Positions 1 to 13,115 of a stretch of DNA of 64,000 nucleotides are shown here, one piece after another. The stretch covers positions 54,560,001 through 54,624,000 of the forward strand of contig OX597820.1 of the NCBI GenBank assembly GCA_951406725.2, written 5' to 3'. The DNA is from Octopus vulgaris. Its lineage: Eukaryota. The notes under the pieces were generated by a model. It had not been told where the DNA came from, did not search any database, and was given only the letters and a program-made list of their open reading frames with translations. The position numbers were made by a program, and so were the translations under genes. The number at the start of each line of letters is the position of its first letter. The stretch's first letter is position 1.

Positions 1-139
1 CTGTCTCTTTCACACATTCTCTCTAAAGACAGTAAGTTAATAATAATTCTGGTGTTTGCAGCCCTGGAAATGTTCCTAACGAAGAACTTATTCAATATCC
101 TAAAATGCCTACTTTTAAGCGCATTTCTTACACATCGTC

Positions 140-284
<145 letters not shown>

Positions 285-329
285 TAATTACACCAGTAGG
301 TTGAAAAACGGTGACGGTTTGGTGGAGAC

Positions 330-850
330 TGGAGTCGTAAGTGAGAATTAAAGGTTTTGATTGGGGTTGTCAATGTATATGAAACAATTGCTGTGAAGAT
401 TTGGCGTTTGCGATAAATTCAGTTTCTGTACCAACGGCATCAGTATAAGATGAGTACACGCGCCAACAAGTGCTGTGGGCGTTGAAGTCACCGAAGATGA
501 TGACGCCAATACGAGAGCAAGGAAATATTGGAAGAAATACAGTCGGATCGCGGGTGGAGGAGATAAAAGAGTCAAATGTATTTAGAGGAGTAGGAGAGGG
601 AAACTTTTAGTTAAAGTTGCTGAAAGTCTTTGTTGTTGATATGCAAATTAGACCGGTGAGTGATAGGGAGATTAGAATTTATGTATTCGCAGACACCGCC
701 TTTCGGAGTAAAGGACTGTAGAGATGGACTACAAATAAGAAGCGAAAGGTTTGTTTCTCGGAGAGGAATATGTGTGATTTGCTACTTTGTAAGGGCTAAC
801 GTATAGGCTCTAGGCTAGATTGGAGTTTACGGATACTAGACAAGAGACGA
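330..850 (-). mobile_element. Decayed LINE apurinic-endonuclease (APE) domain fragment
   Basis: Minus-strand translation gives KGGVCEYI (~680-704) and IGVIIFGDFNAH (475-510), both APE motifs, with stops in between. Confidence 0.6.
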
Positions 851-2208
851 AAGAACTGTCAAGCGGATATGCTACAATTTTGTTGTATTTATTGAAGCGA
901 AGAACGCATTGGGGCCCCGTAGGATAACGATAATACTCTACCAAGAGCCTTGTGTTAATGTTTTCAACAAAATAAACTTTGTTAAAGGCACCCATGGGCA
1001 AAGATGCAGTGTTAAATCGAGCTCCATGAATGAACCTACCTCTCTTATATTGTGCTCGTAGTGCCAGAAATATACTGTTTGATCAAACAAGTATCCCTCT
1101 ACCGTTTTTCTTCTGATAAATTTACCACAATAGGGAAGCATTAGATTCTGTTTAATGAACTCCATACATGACTGGTATATATTCTATTGCCCCGACAGCA
1201 ATGAAAGGCAAAGTCAACTTCAGAGGGAATTGATTTCAAAATATACAGAGATGAAACCAAATTCTCTAAGACATTTTGGTTCACCAATTTATGACTGATT
1301 CTGCTATTTCGCCATACTTTTCTTCCTTAATGGTGTCAAACATATGCACAAAGCAACACTTTTTCAGAGAGTATAGACGATCATAACAACACCCCACTTC
1401 TTTGCTAATACATATTTTATTGAATCCAGGGAAAGAAAATCGCAACAAAAACAAATGGCTGGCAAAAGGTTACAAGAAACCTTCAATAAATTACTAATTT
1501 AATCATTCATTTTAATGGTTGAACTGGAGGTAGTCTCTTTTTCTAACCAAAGGCTTTTTTCACTCAGTATTTACACGCTATTATTTTTAGCCTTATATAC
1601 TTCGAGTTCAACCATTAAAAATGAATTTCATGTTCTGTCGAAGTTTCTAAATTATTATGGCGTAAAAACTGATTTTTATGTTGTTGTTGTTGTTTTTGTT
1701 GTAGTTTTATTTAAGGTTATGTTGTATATAAATTATATTGTCGTTCTATATAAATCATATATTTTCAGCTATTAAGCGACTAAAAATATTATTTGTTTGA
1801 TTACTCTATTTTTTATGATATTTAAATGAAATTTGACTTTTTTTCTTTCTCTGCACATTTTTTCTAACCCAAAAGTATGAATTTTTAATCTGTGAATTTC
1901 ATTCTTGCGATTTTATTTCCTTTTGCCGTTTTATAGGCTTCAGAAGTACGAAAAAAAAAATCTAACCATGTAAGATTTGAATTCGAAACATTAAAATAAT
2001 AAAAAAAAAACACAGAGCCACACGAAATTAGTCTCTTGATAATAACTTATGTACATTGGCCTACGTTAGGCAGTTAAGAAAATTGTGCACAATCAATTCG
2101 AAGCCACTATCAACTTTTTCCTTGTAAAAAGTATAGCGTAATCCTTCAGTTCAATGTTTTAATTTGTTGAAAACAAATAACTTAACATGCAAACGACACA
2201 CACGTACG

Positions 2209-2251
<43 letters not shown>

Positions 2252-2343
2252 TTTAAATAAAGCATATTACTCTACCCCTGGTATTTGAGTACTCTTTTTT
2301 CCCACCTTCTTTCACATTTACGTGTTTACTCTGGTATATATAA

Positions 2344-2400
<57 letters not shown>

Positions 2401-2662
2401 CACACACACAATTCGATAACTTCTTTCCAAAAGATTCGTGGCATTCTGTTAAAATTTCTTTTTTTAAATAGCATTAACTTTTAGGAAAATCTCTCTTCGT
2501 GCATTTGTATGTATATATTGTATATATGTGTATGCATACACACACACACATGTATATATATATATATATATGTATACACACACACGCGCGCGCGCGCACA
2601 CACACATATATAAATATATATACATGAAGAAAGATTTTGGATAGGAGATACATCAGTCTAAG

Positions 2663-2694
<32 letters not shown>

Positions 2695-2699
<5 letters not shown>

Positions 2700-3240
2700 G
2701 AAGGTTTGAAAATGCAATTTTAAGGATGTTTATTCACTTGACCGTTTTCACTTTTTTAGAAAAAGATTGTCAAAAGTAAAATGTAAAGCTTTGTATAAGC
2801 TTTGTTGTGTTAAGTACTGGTTGTCACAAAAGTATTAAAATACATATATACATTCTTTGATAATAATAAGAAAATGTTAAAACAAAGACAGAAAAAATGC
2901 CAAAAAGGCAGGTCAGTTCCTCTCCAATTTTTTGTAAATTCTTAAACATATCTCCTTCTGTGTGTATATATACTATCAAACAAACATGATTTTTATTGAA
3001 CTCATAATACTTTTTTATTGAATACTTTCTTAAATACTTTCTTGTAAACTGTTTTTGACATTTTCTTATTATTATCAAAGAAAGTATATATGTATTTTAA
3101 TACTTTTGTGACAACCAGTACTTAACACAACAAAGCTTATCCAAAGCTTTACATTTTACTTTTGACAATCTTTTTCTAAAAAAGCGAAATCGGTCAAGTG
3201 AATAAACATCTTTAAAATTGCATTTTCAAACCTTCTTTCA
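2695..3240. mobile_element. Fold-back (inverted-repeat) non-autonomous PLE-like element at a (TA)n tract
   Basis: Arms 2695-2884 and 3050-3240 are reverse complements with few mismatches around a ~165-nt spacer. A short outer IR lies at ~2638-2665/3301-3328. Each arm holds a hammerhead-like motif. Confidence 0.75.
3154..3202 (+). ncRNA. Minimal type I hammerhead ribozyme motif, U3-A8 core variant (inverted copy at 2733-2781 on minus strand)
   Basis: Stem I tttactt/aagtgaa; core TTGACAA; stem II cttttt/aaaaag with the core-proximal pair mismatched; GAAA; tcgg; TC site. Confidence 0.55.
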
Positions 3241-3742
3241 TATATATTTCCACTCGTGCGGTATCTTACAACTTTACTTTTATATATATGCATATATATA
3301 TTTTAGACAGATGTACTTCCTATCCATTGCTACAGATAATTTATCTATCTCGCGATAGCTATCAAGGTATCGACAATCTATAGTTCTTCCATTTCCTTTT
3401 TCATTTTGTTCTAGCGATCTACCTCAGATACAGCCTCTCACGATAGAACTCTGTCCAAAAAGCGATTGAAAAAATTTGTTTCTCGTAGAAAATGGCAGGT
3501 AAGTACAGAAGTGTATTCCTTTTTTTTTTTTCTTTAATGCTATCCCTTATAAGTTAGTTGCATTCAAAATAAGTTGTCCCCTACGAGAATCAAACATTCG
3601 GTTAAAATTAATTTCTGGGACATGTTTATGTGGTTGAAGTCTCATCTGTTTTACAACTACGTGGTCCTAGGTTCAATTGTACTATGCGGCACCTTCGCTA
3701 AATGATTTTCTACCATGTGAATGTAATATTGTGCGTGCGTAC

Positions 3743-4390
<648 letters not shown>

Positions 4391-4519
4391 CTTGCAGGTA
4401 CCGCCGATATAGGAAGTCCCTTGTCTTATAGTTAAAGGCATGAAACTAGGTATTAATATTTTTAGGGTTCTGGTGTCTGGCCTACGTGTACGCTTTGTAG
4501 TATTTAATACATTTTTCAT

Positions 4520-4552
<33 letters not shown>

Positions 4553-5059
4553 GAGAGAGTGTGGGGGAGAGAAAGACTGAGAGAGCTAGGATGTCTAGCC
4601 ACTTTATGTTTTGAAGGCGAGAGACGAACAGACACTGGTATTAACATGACGTTTACTATGGCCTGATTGTGTCCAACACTCGATCTTGAACTCGAACTTT
4701 ACACTTTACACGATCCTCTCCTTTTGGGTGTCTTTTATACTTAATTAGCGAACAGGAAAGGATCTGGTTTTATGAAGGTCACTAGAATGCAGTAATAACG
4801 CTAACCTTGATCCGAGAAGCATTTACTTGGCAATTGGCATAATTCCATAATTGACACGAAATACCTTAATAATCTTCAACTCTTTTACGATAACGGAAAT
4901 GTCAAAGATTACTACTTAGAGGGAATCATCATCACCATCATTATCGTCATTTAACGACCGTTTTCCAGGCTGGTATGGGTTGGACAGTTTGGCAGGAGCT
5001 GGCGAGCCAGTGGACTGCACCTGGCTTTACTGTCTGCCTTGACACGATATCTACAGTTG

Positions 5060-5273
5060 GCGGCGAGCTGGCAGAATCGTTAGCACGCCAGGCGAAATGC
5101 GTAGCCGTATTTCGTCCGTCTTTACGTTCTGAGTTCAAATTCCGCCAAGGTCGACTTTGCCTTTCATCCTTTCGGGGTCGATTAAATAAGTACCAGTTAC
5201 GCACTGAGGTCGATATAATCGACTTAATCCGTTTATCTGTCCTTGTTTGTCTTCTCTGTGTAGTAAAGAAATA
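5060..5273 (+). mobile_element. SINE family A (core gcctttcatcctttcggggtcga, resembling the Meta/MESC domain)
   Basis: B-box-like gagttcaaatt; 14-bp TSD gatatctacagttg (5046-5059/5274-5287). Further copies at ~5972-6190, 6320-6556, 6910-7030, 9055-9270, 15915-16090, 24058-24212(-), 32292-32670, 37986-38120(-), 52855-53065, 55830-56030 and 60165-60370. Confidence 0.9.
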
Positions 5274-5797
5274 GATATCTACAGTTGAAGGCACTTCCTA
5301 ACGCCAACCACTTTACAGATCGTACAGGGTGCTTTTCTGCGTGGACACTAACACCAAAGAGGCCACCGGGTAACTTGCAAGAGAAGATCCTCCACACATA
5401 CGCCTCAACTAAAGGGGAATTGTATTGAGGGACGTGGCTTTGTGCCAAGTGATGAGAGGTCAGAGTATGACAGAGGGACAGAAACCGGGGTCCTGGTATA
5501 GTATTTCAAGGAGATACAAAGAATACTTATTTTTACTGGAACGATAGGTGAATGATAAGGATGCGTGACTGTCATTGATAATATAAAATAAATAATATTA
5601 ACTGAAAACGTGACAATATCTGAAAGGGTATAATCATTATGTCTTATGAATTGTTAATATATTTGCAGAAGGCAACAAACGCCATGGTTGCTCTGAAACG
5701 CATGGGAGTCCGGTTGGTATAATAACTATCAGTAAGTTGCTTATTACTCTTTCGTTATTTTTCATATTAATCTTTAGTGTTGTCGTCGACGGGGCGT

Positions 5798-5970
5798 TGT
5801 CATCATCATCAACATCATTATTATTATTATCATCACCATCGTCATCACCACCACCACCACTACCACCATCCTCATTATCATCACCATCAGCACCGTCATT
5901 ATCATCATCATCATCATCATCATCATCATCTTCATCATTATTTATTATTATATTATTATTATTATTATTA
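5798..5970. repeat. (CAT)n/(CAC)n/(TAT)n trinucleotide microsatellite
   Basis: Direct reading; source of the poly-D/S/H pseudo-ORFs. Confidence 0.95.
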
Positions 5971-6619
5971 AGTTGGCAAGCTGGCAGAATCGTTACCACG
6001 CCAGTTAAAATGCTTAACGGCATTTCGTCCATCTTCACGTTCTGAGTTCAAATTCCGCCAGGGTCGACTTTGCTTTTCATCCTTTCGGAGTCGGTAAAAT
6101 AAGTGCCAGTTGAGTACTGGGTTCGATGTAATCGTTTTGGCTTCCTCCCCCGAAATTACTGGCCGTGTGACAAAATTTGAAATGCGTACCAATCTGATAC
6201 TAAGGCCCGTGTATCCGCTACTCGACTGGCTTCCTCTTCCAACATTGCTGGCCTTGTGCCTATAAGATGAAAGACTATTATGGAACAGATTAAGGCGACG
6301 AGCTGGTAAAATCGTATAAGGCGGCGAGCTGGCAGAAATGTTAGCACGCCGGGCGAAATGCTTAGCGGTATTTCGTCTGCCGTTACGTTCTGAGTTCAAA
6401 TTCCGCCAAGGTCGACTTTGCCTTTCATCATTTCGGGGTCGATAAATTAAGTACCAGTTACGCACTGGAGTCGATGTAATCAACTTAATCACTTTGTCTG
6501 TCTTTGTTTGTCCCCTCTATGTTTGGCCCCTTGTGGGCAATAAATAAAGAAATAAGAATGGTATAAAAGTCGGAAATTATAGCATTTAAATACAAAGAAA
6601 CAGGGGAAAAAAGAGAGAT

Positions 6620-6621
6620 AA

Positions 6622-6652
<31 letters not shown>

Positions 6653-6890
6653 AAGGGGGTAAAGCAGCAGAAGGTAGAGAGCTGGGGGTAAATGACCAGC
6701 GGTAATGTCCGCGATGGCGTTGCTGTGGAGAATGGCCAGCGACATTCGTTTCAGCAGCCACTCCATCTCACAGGGCTCTTTTCTCTGACGGGCCGCCGTT
6801 ATCCCCGTTTTGCGGACGGGGTCCAAGAACACCTGATGTCTCGATGACAACCGGCACAAACCGATAGCGGCCGATCAGGCCCCTGTATTT
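6620..6890 (-). mobile_element. CRE-clade non-LTR retrotransposon 3' fragment
   Basis: EMEWLLKRMSLAILHSNA resembles the C-terminus of the CRE fragment at 45768-45974 (EGAWLFQRFSLTIASGNA); a (TTTC)n run follows. Confidence 0.55.
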
Positions 6891-7124
6891 TTTTATTTTT
6901 CCTCTCCTTCATTGAGATCGATTTGCCTTTCATCTTTTCTGGGTCGATAAAACAATGTACCGGCCAAATACTTACCCACTCCTTTGAAAATCGCTGACCT
7001 TATGCCAAAAATAAAACGAATTCTATTAAAGAACATATTTGACTGTGAGTGTTCTGGATGAAAAACCGAATATCTGCGATGAAACAACAACATACTATGT
7101 GGAACGAATAAATATTTCTTGAAA

Positions 7125-7580
7125 TCTTGGAGAGAAGACGGGAGAGGTATGCAGTAATATATATTTGGAAGATCCTGGAAGGAATTGTGCCAAATTTTGG
7201 CATTGAAAGCTACACCAATACCAGAACGGGACGACACTGCATGGTGCCAAAGATCCCAGCAATGCCATCACGCTTCAGGACCAGTTACTGCAACAGCCTG
7301 GGTTTCAAGGGCCCACAGCTTTTTAATATTCTCCCAAAGATTCTGAGGAACTTGCACAAAGTAGATGTAGAGGTTTTTAAATCAAAGCTGGACCTCTTCC
7401 TGTCGAGAGTCCCCGATGAGCCTACCTCGCGGCAAGAGGTTCAAATGGGGGTAGTAGCTATATCAATCTCCATTCTTCATCAAGTGCCACATATTAGAGG
7501 AGGCTCCTAGTAATAACAGTGTGGCGCAAAACGGCGGTGCATCAGCATGGCCGCAGCTCTGAGCTGAAACTTTAAAAGAA
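7125..7580 (+). mobile_element. CR1-group LINE (family 1), 5'-truncated 3' end
   Basis: LERRRERYAVIYIWKILEG...GPQLFNILP...FKSKLDLFL, then the 3' tail ggcggtgc..cagcatggccgcagctctgagctgaaac. Homologous to 39992-41055 and 43146-43797. Confidence 0.88.
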
Positions 7581-7966
7581 AAAAACAATTCTTCTAAATT
7601 TGTCTCGTTCAGTTGTACCGACTCGTTCATTATATTTTCGGTGGGAATCAAAATAACAAAGTTTCATTCTTTTTTCTTTTCTCAATATTTCAGATATGAA
7701 CTTTGTTACGGTGATCTGAGTGCTACATATTTCTGCAGTTGGTTGTCTTCATTGAACGAACCGTCCACATCTACCTATGTCAAACTGTAATGTCCACAGG
7801 AAGACATTTATTATTTTTTTTTTTTCTGTTTACTTCTTTATTCACACCAACACACATTCCTTTAAGATGTCACCGGCAATATCTAGAAGATACTTATTAA
7901 GGATTATATAATCAAATAATCTGTTCAACACAGGATTAATACGTATATGTATGTGTATACACATAT

Positions 7967-8018
<52 letters not shown>

Positions 8019-8060
8019 TATATATAGATATAGATATATATATGTATATATATATGCATG

Positions 8061-8098
<38 letters not shown>

Positions 8099-8119
8099 CA
8101 CACACATATACAAACGAAA

Positions 8120-8167
<48 letters not shown>

Positions 8168-8229
8168 TACATACCCAACTTATATACACACCGACACACG
8201 TATATACAGCGCACACAAAGATATCTATC

Positions 8230-8282
<53 letters not shown>

Positions 8283-8497
8283 TGAGTGAGTGAGTGAGTG
8301 AGTGAGTGAGAGAGAGAGAGAGTATCAGTTTGACTCATCTCTACATGACTTATGAGATGTTCTACGCGTTCGCGAAACTTGAAATTTTGTGGAGTTGAAT
8401 CAAACTGTTATAAAAAAAAACATATGTAACACCGACCAAATGTATTGAGAGCTACTTTCTTTCGTTTGTTCCCTCACTCATATATATGTGCGTGTGT

Positions 8498-8550
<53 letters not shown>

Positions 8551-9294
8551 CGTACATACATGTATAATTGTGTGTATAAATGAACATTGGTATGAATGTT
8601 GGTATATAAGTACCTGTAAGAAGATTTCAAGTTCACGGATATTATTTTACATTATACTGTTTAATACGGCAAGAATTGTTTCAAGTGCCTGTCCTTCTTT
8701 CTTTTCCCCCTTTTTTTTTTTCTCTCGGAGTGTTCCTCAGTAATTTCCCCAAAAAATAACAGACCATAAGACCTGATTTAAATGTGCTTGTACATATGTG
8801 CGTACGTTGTGTGTGACGAAGTAGGATAATTAGAATAATTAATTAGAAGAACAAAACTTGATGAATACTTTGGTGTTCTAAATTTATAATTCCAAACTAT
8901 ATCTGAGCTATCAGTAACCGCTCCTAGCTCCCTTATCAATAAAATAAACACCTGTAATGCAGTTTCCATTCAGTCAACATTACACCCTCCGTGCAATGGT
9001 ACGTCTTGCTATAAAAAAAAATGATAAATTGGCCGATGTTATAACATATAGAAAAAGGGTGGAGAATTAGTTTAATCTGTAGAGCGTCAGAGAAAATACA
9101 CGCAGTTTTTAAAGACGGTTCTTTTCGTTCTAAGTTCAAATCCCAGCATGGTCTACTTTGCCTTTCATCGATTTGATGTTGGTAAAATAAAATATCATTC
9201 ATGTAGATCGATTGATACAATCTGTTTCTTCCCACAATACAATTTCTGACACTGAACCTATGTAAGAAACCATTACATCACATCAGAATAAAGC

Positions 9295-9361
<67 letters not shown>

Positions 9362-9745
9362 GAAATATGTTACGAAAAGAAAATATAAAATACACGTGGA
9401 AATGTAAGGGTAAAATATGAAAAATCAACGAAAATGCATATTGCAAATAGAAAAAGGCTATTTATGACAGGTAGTGACAAATATATACATTTAGATTGAC
9501 TGAGGTAGTAATACGAGTCATAAATGTCATTATTAAGAGATGATTATAAGATGATAATAAAGTAAGAGAACAAAACGGTATTATATATATATATATATAT
9601 AATAATGTAGGATAAAATTTTTCGAAAAAAATTCTATCAATGGCCAGCATATTAAAAAATACCTTTAAAGGTTAAATTTATAAACAATTACTAATAAATT
9701 ATAATTAAATCTCAGAATGAGATTGAAACAGTTATCGCTCGATAA

Positions 9746-10052
9746 TGTAAAGTATAGAAGCCATCTTATCATGGCTAACCACATTGGGGAGGGGTGTTAC
9801 TGTAGCTTTATAGCCCCAAGAGATCTTCGTCTCTAGCTGGCTTTAGACACAATATCTGTGTCCTTGGAGTATTTGCAAAGGGATGCACTCAGGCTTGCGA
9901 GGAAGGGATGGCCTCCCTTTGCAAATACTCCAAGGACACAGATATTGTGTCTAAAGCCAGCTAGAGACGAAGATCTCTTGGGGCTATAAAGCTACAGTAA
10001 CACCCCCTCCCCAATGTGGTTAGCCACGATAAGATGGCTTCTATACTTTACA
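9746..10052. repeat. Near-perfect 138/139-bp inverted repeat (30-nt loop) related to the neighbouring retrozyme-like unit
   Basis: Arms 9746-9883 and 9914-10052 differ by one substitution and one 1-nt indel. The right arm plus part of the loop aligns to 10868-11003. Confidence 0.93.
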
Positions 10053-10327
10053 ATACTTATAAATTGTTTATATATATATAACTTTTATAGGAAGAACGTG
10101 ACTTTGAACACTCGGCCAGAAAACCTTCCTCAGACTATATTCAAGGATAATCAGGCTGAAATGTCAACATCATCGTCACTCCTCTTTTTGTAAAAATTCC
10201 AGTTAACATGTACTCTACTAAAAAGTATAAAGTTATTCTTCAGTTTAATGTTAAATTGTTTTTATATATAACTTGACATAAAAACAAGCATTAATATATC
10301 ATATATATGCATCTCTGTATAAATACG

Positions 10328-10361
<34 letters not shown>

Positions 10362-10494
10362 TGTATGTATGTATGTATAAATACGTAGACACATATACAC
10401 ATATATGTATATACACATATATACATATATATATACATATACACATATATACTTATATATATACATATACACATATATATATATATATACATAT

Positions 10495-10567
<73 letters not shown>

Positions 10568-10573
<6 letters not shown>

Positions 10574-11016
10574 CAGCTGGAGGAGTGTGTCCTCCTGGGG
10601 CTAAAAACTACAGTAGCATCCACCCTTAGGGGTTAGCCATATTGAAATGGCAAAAATACGTCACGATGTGTTACCGCTACTGTATATAACTCACTTTGAT
10701 ATTTATCATTGTTTGATTTCACTTTTTCAATATCAGCGACAGTGGACGCTGGAAAAAGTATAAGTATTTGTGAAGGAAATCTAATTCTCGGCGACAACTA
10801 TGATTGTCACACGCTGACGAGAGGTCAATACCTCGAAACTCGAGTCCGTGTGTATCATAAGTTGAAGACGGGAAGGATGACTTCCCTTTGCAAATACTGA
10901 CAGGACACAGATAGTGTGTCTATGGCCAGCTGGAGGAGTGTGTCCTCCTGGGGCTAAAAACTACAGTAGCATCCACCCTTAGGGGTTAGACATATTGAAA
11001 TGGCAAAAATACGTCA

Positions 11017-11020
<4 letters not shown>
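10568..11020 (+). mobile_element. Retrozyme-like / non-autonomous PLE unit: 353-bp period with 100-bp terminal direct repeats, inserted in (TA)n
   Basis: 10568-10667 equals 10921-11020 with 1 mismatch; no coding capacity; internal hammerhead; (TA)n on both flanks. Confidence 0.85.
10799..10859 (+). ncRNA. Minimal type I hammerhead ribozyme (canonical core)
   Basis: Stem I cacacg(10808-13)/cgtgtg(10847-52), extended by tatgat/atcata; core CTGACGA (10814-20); stem II gaggt-caat-acctc; GAAA (10835-38); palindromic stem III ACTCGAGT; GUC cleavage triplet (cut after 10846). Confidence 0.88.
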
Positions 11021-11057
<37 letters not shown>

Positions 11058-11403
11058 CTTATATATAAATATTATATATGTATGGATATGTATATATATA
11101 TATATATCGTTTTTGAATTTGAATTGCAAGATTCTTGATGTGAAATCGTGTTTTGAAATAGATTTTGATGTATCTTGGCGGGGTCATTACGACTATACGT
11201 GTGTGTGTGTCAGCGAGTGTGTATATACATTATATATATATATATATATATGGCTAGATTACCGTATTGAATTAATTCTCCAGTGTTATAAGACAAAAAC
11301 AAAACACAAGTATTATCAACAGCTATTAATTGGCGACGGTGAAATTTGATCACACACACACACTCACATATACACGCGCGCGCGCACACATATATGCACA
11401 CGG

Positions 11404-11440
<37 letters not shown>

Positions 11441-12659
11441 TACATGCACGCATGCATACATACATACATACATACATACATACATACATACATACATACA
11501 TGCATGCATGCATACATACATACATACATACATACATACATACATACATACATACATACATACATACATACATACATACGTACGTACGTACGTACATATA
11601 TGAATATATACACACACACACACTTTCTAAAGATCACGTGCTCTCGCGCTAACAATTCAGACATTTTTTGCTTCGTATGTAATGTTAGCAGAGAGAGCGA
11701 GAATGTTGAAAATGACTGAGAAGACCGAAGAACATGCCAGAAAAAAATAACATCTTCTCGTTTCTTCTTCCTTGACTTGTTGGTCATAACTGAAGTCTAG
11801 TGTCCATCTCACCGACTTTGTTTCCTCATAACTTTCTGAAACATGCACAATATGTAATGTAATTTAGCAGAGAGATATATATTTTTTATGATGCAGATTA
11901 TGATTTTTTTTTTTTTTTTATTTTACACTTGTTTCAGTCTTTGGACTACGACCATGCTGGGGCACCGCCAGATAATTATTCTGTCGGTGTCTTGTACTAC
12001 TAAGTTACGGAGACATAAACAAACTAACACCGGTTGTGAAGCGGTGGAAGGGTGGAGCAAATTTTGGATTATTGTCTTTATGCCTTCCGAATTTGTTTCC
12101 CTCACAAGTTTCTTTCAAATGCAAAGTTTAAATGAAATTTTGCACATTTTTTACAGAAATATGTTTGTAGGAGATCAGACTACGTAATACTGATGTCTTT
12201 TTGGTTCAATCCTCTGCGCGGCACCTTGGGCAAGGGTCCTTTACTATAGCTCCGGGCCGACGAGCAGCGCCTTGTGAGTGAATTTACTAGGCGGCAACTA
12301 TGTGAAAAGTCGTGTGTGTGTGTGTGTGTGTGCGCGCGCGCTCTTGTGTTGTCCCTCACCACCGCTTGACAACCGGTGTTGGTTTCTTTACTTCCTAGTA
12401 GTTTAGTGGTTTGGCAATAGAAACCGACGGAATAAGTACCAGACCTTAAAATATGAGTACTGTGGGTGATTTATTCGACTAAACCCTTCCGTCGGTGCTC
12501 TAGCATGACTGTAGTCCAATGAGTGAAAGAATATATATAACAAAAAAGAGAAAGGAAATGAAAATGCTAAATTGGTAGCAACAAAGTCAAGGTAGGGAGT
12601 GAGGAATTATCCCAAATTCTTCCAAAAGATTTTTCATAAACATTTATCAACATATATTT

Positions 12660-13115
12660 AGGCGCAGGAGTGGCTGTGTGGTAAGAAGTTTGCTTCCCAA
12701 CCACATGGTTCTGGGTTCAGTCCCACCATGCAGTACCTTGGGCAGTTGTCCTCGAGTCAACCAAAGCCTTGTGAGTGGATTTAGTAGATAGAAACTGAAA
12801 GAAGCTTGTCATACAGATATATATATATATATATACATACATACATACATACATACATACATACATACATACATACATACATACATACATACATACATAC
12901 ATACGTGTGTGCGTGTGTGCGTGTGTGTGTGTCTTTATGTATGTTGATGTGTTTATATCCCCGTAACTTAGTGGTTCGGCAAAAGAGCCCGGCAGCATAA
13001 GAACCAGGCGTTACAAAAAAAGAGAATAGCAAGTACAGCGGTCGACTAAAGATTCTTGAAGTAGTGCCCAAGCATGACCGCAGTCCAATAACTGAAACAA
13101 GTAAAATATAAAAGA
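12660..13115 (+). mobile_element. SINE family B (tRNA-like head, CORE-like segment, internal microsatellite, LINE-like tail)
   Basis: Head ggcgcaggagtggctgtgtggtaag...gggttcagtccc, internal (TACA)n, tail ccagcatgaccgcagtccaataactgaaac. Other copies at ~11925-12050(-), 12170-12530, 29567-30091(-), 31110-31545(-), 46440-46995(-), 47105-47565, 47775-48200, 49577-50013(-), 51030-51465, 52020-52320(-), 60375-60735, 62800-62955(-) and 63470-63825. Confidence 0.9.

Noticed and set aside
810-1165. Two overlapping minus-strand ORFs (63 and 75 aa) in non-repetitive-looking sequence
   Set aside because: No recognisable motif or splice context.
7694-7793. Polypyrimidine tract + CAG followed by a short open frame (YELCYGDL...)
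   Set aside because: No homology recognised and no partner exons; similar acceptor-like sites at ~19500, ~20183 and ~55577 hit stops quickly.
10085-10140. CTGAGGA on the minus strand between the hairpin and the retrozyme
   Set aside because: No GAAA/stem III/stem I arrangement follows.
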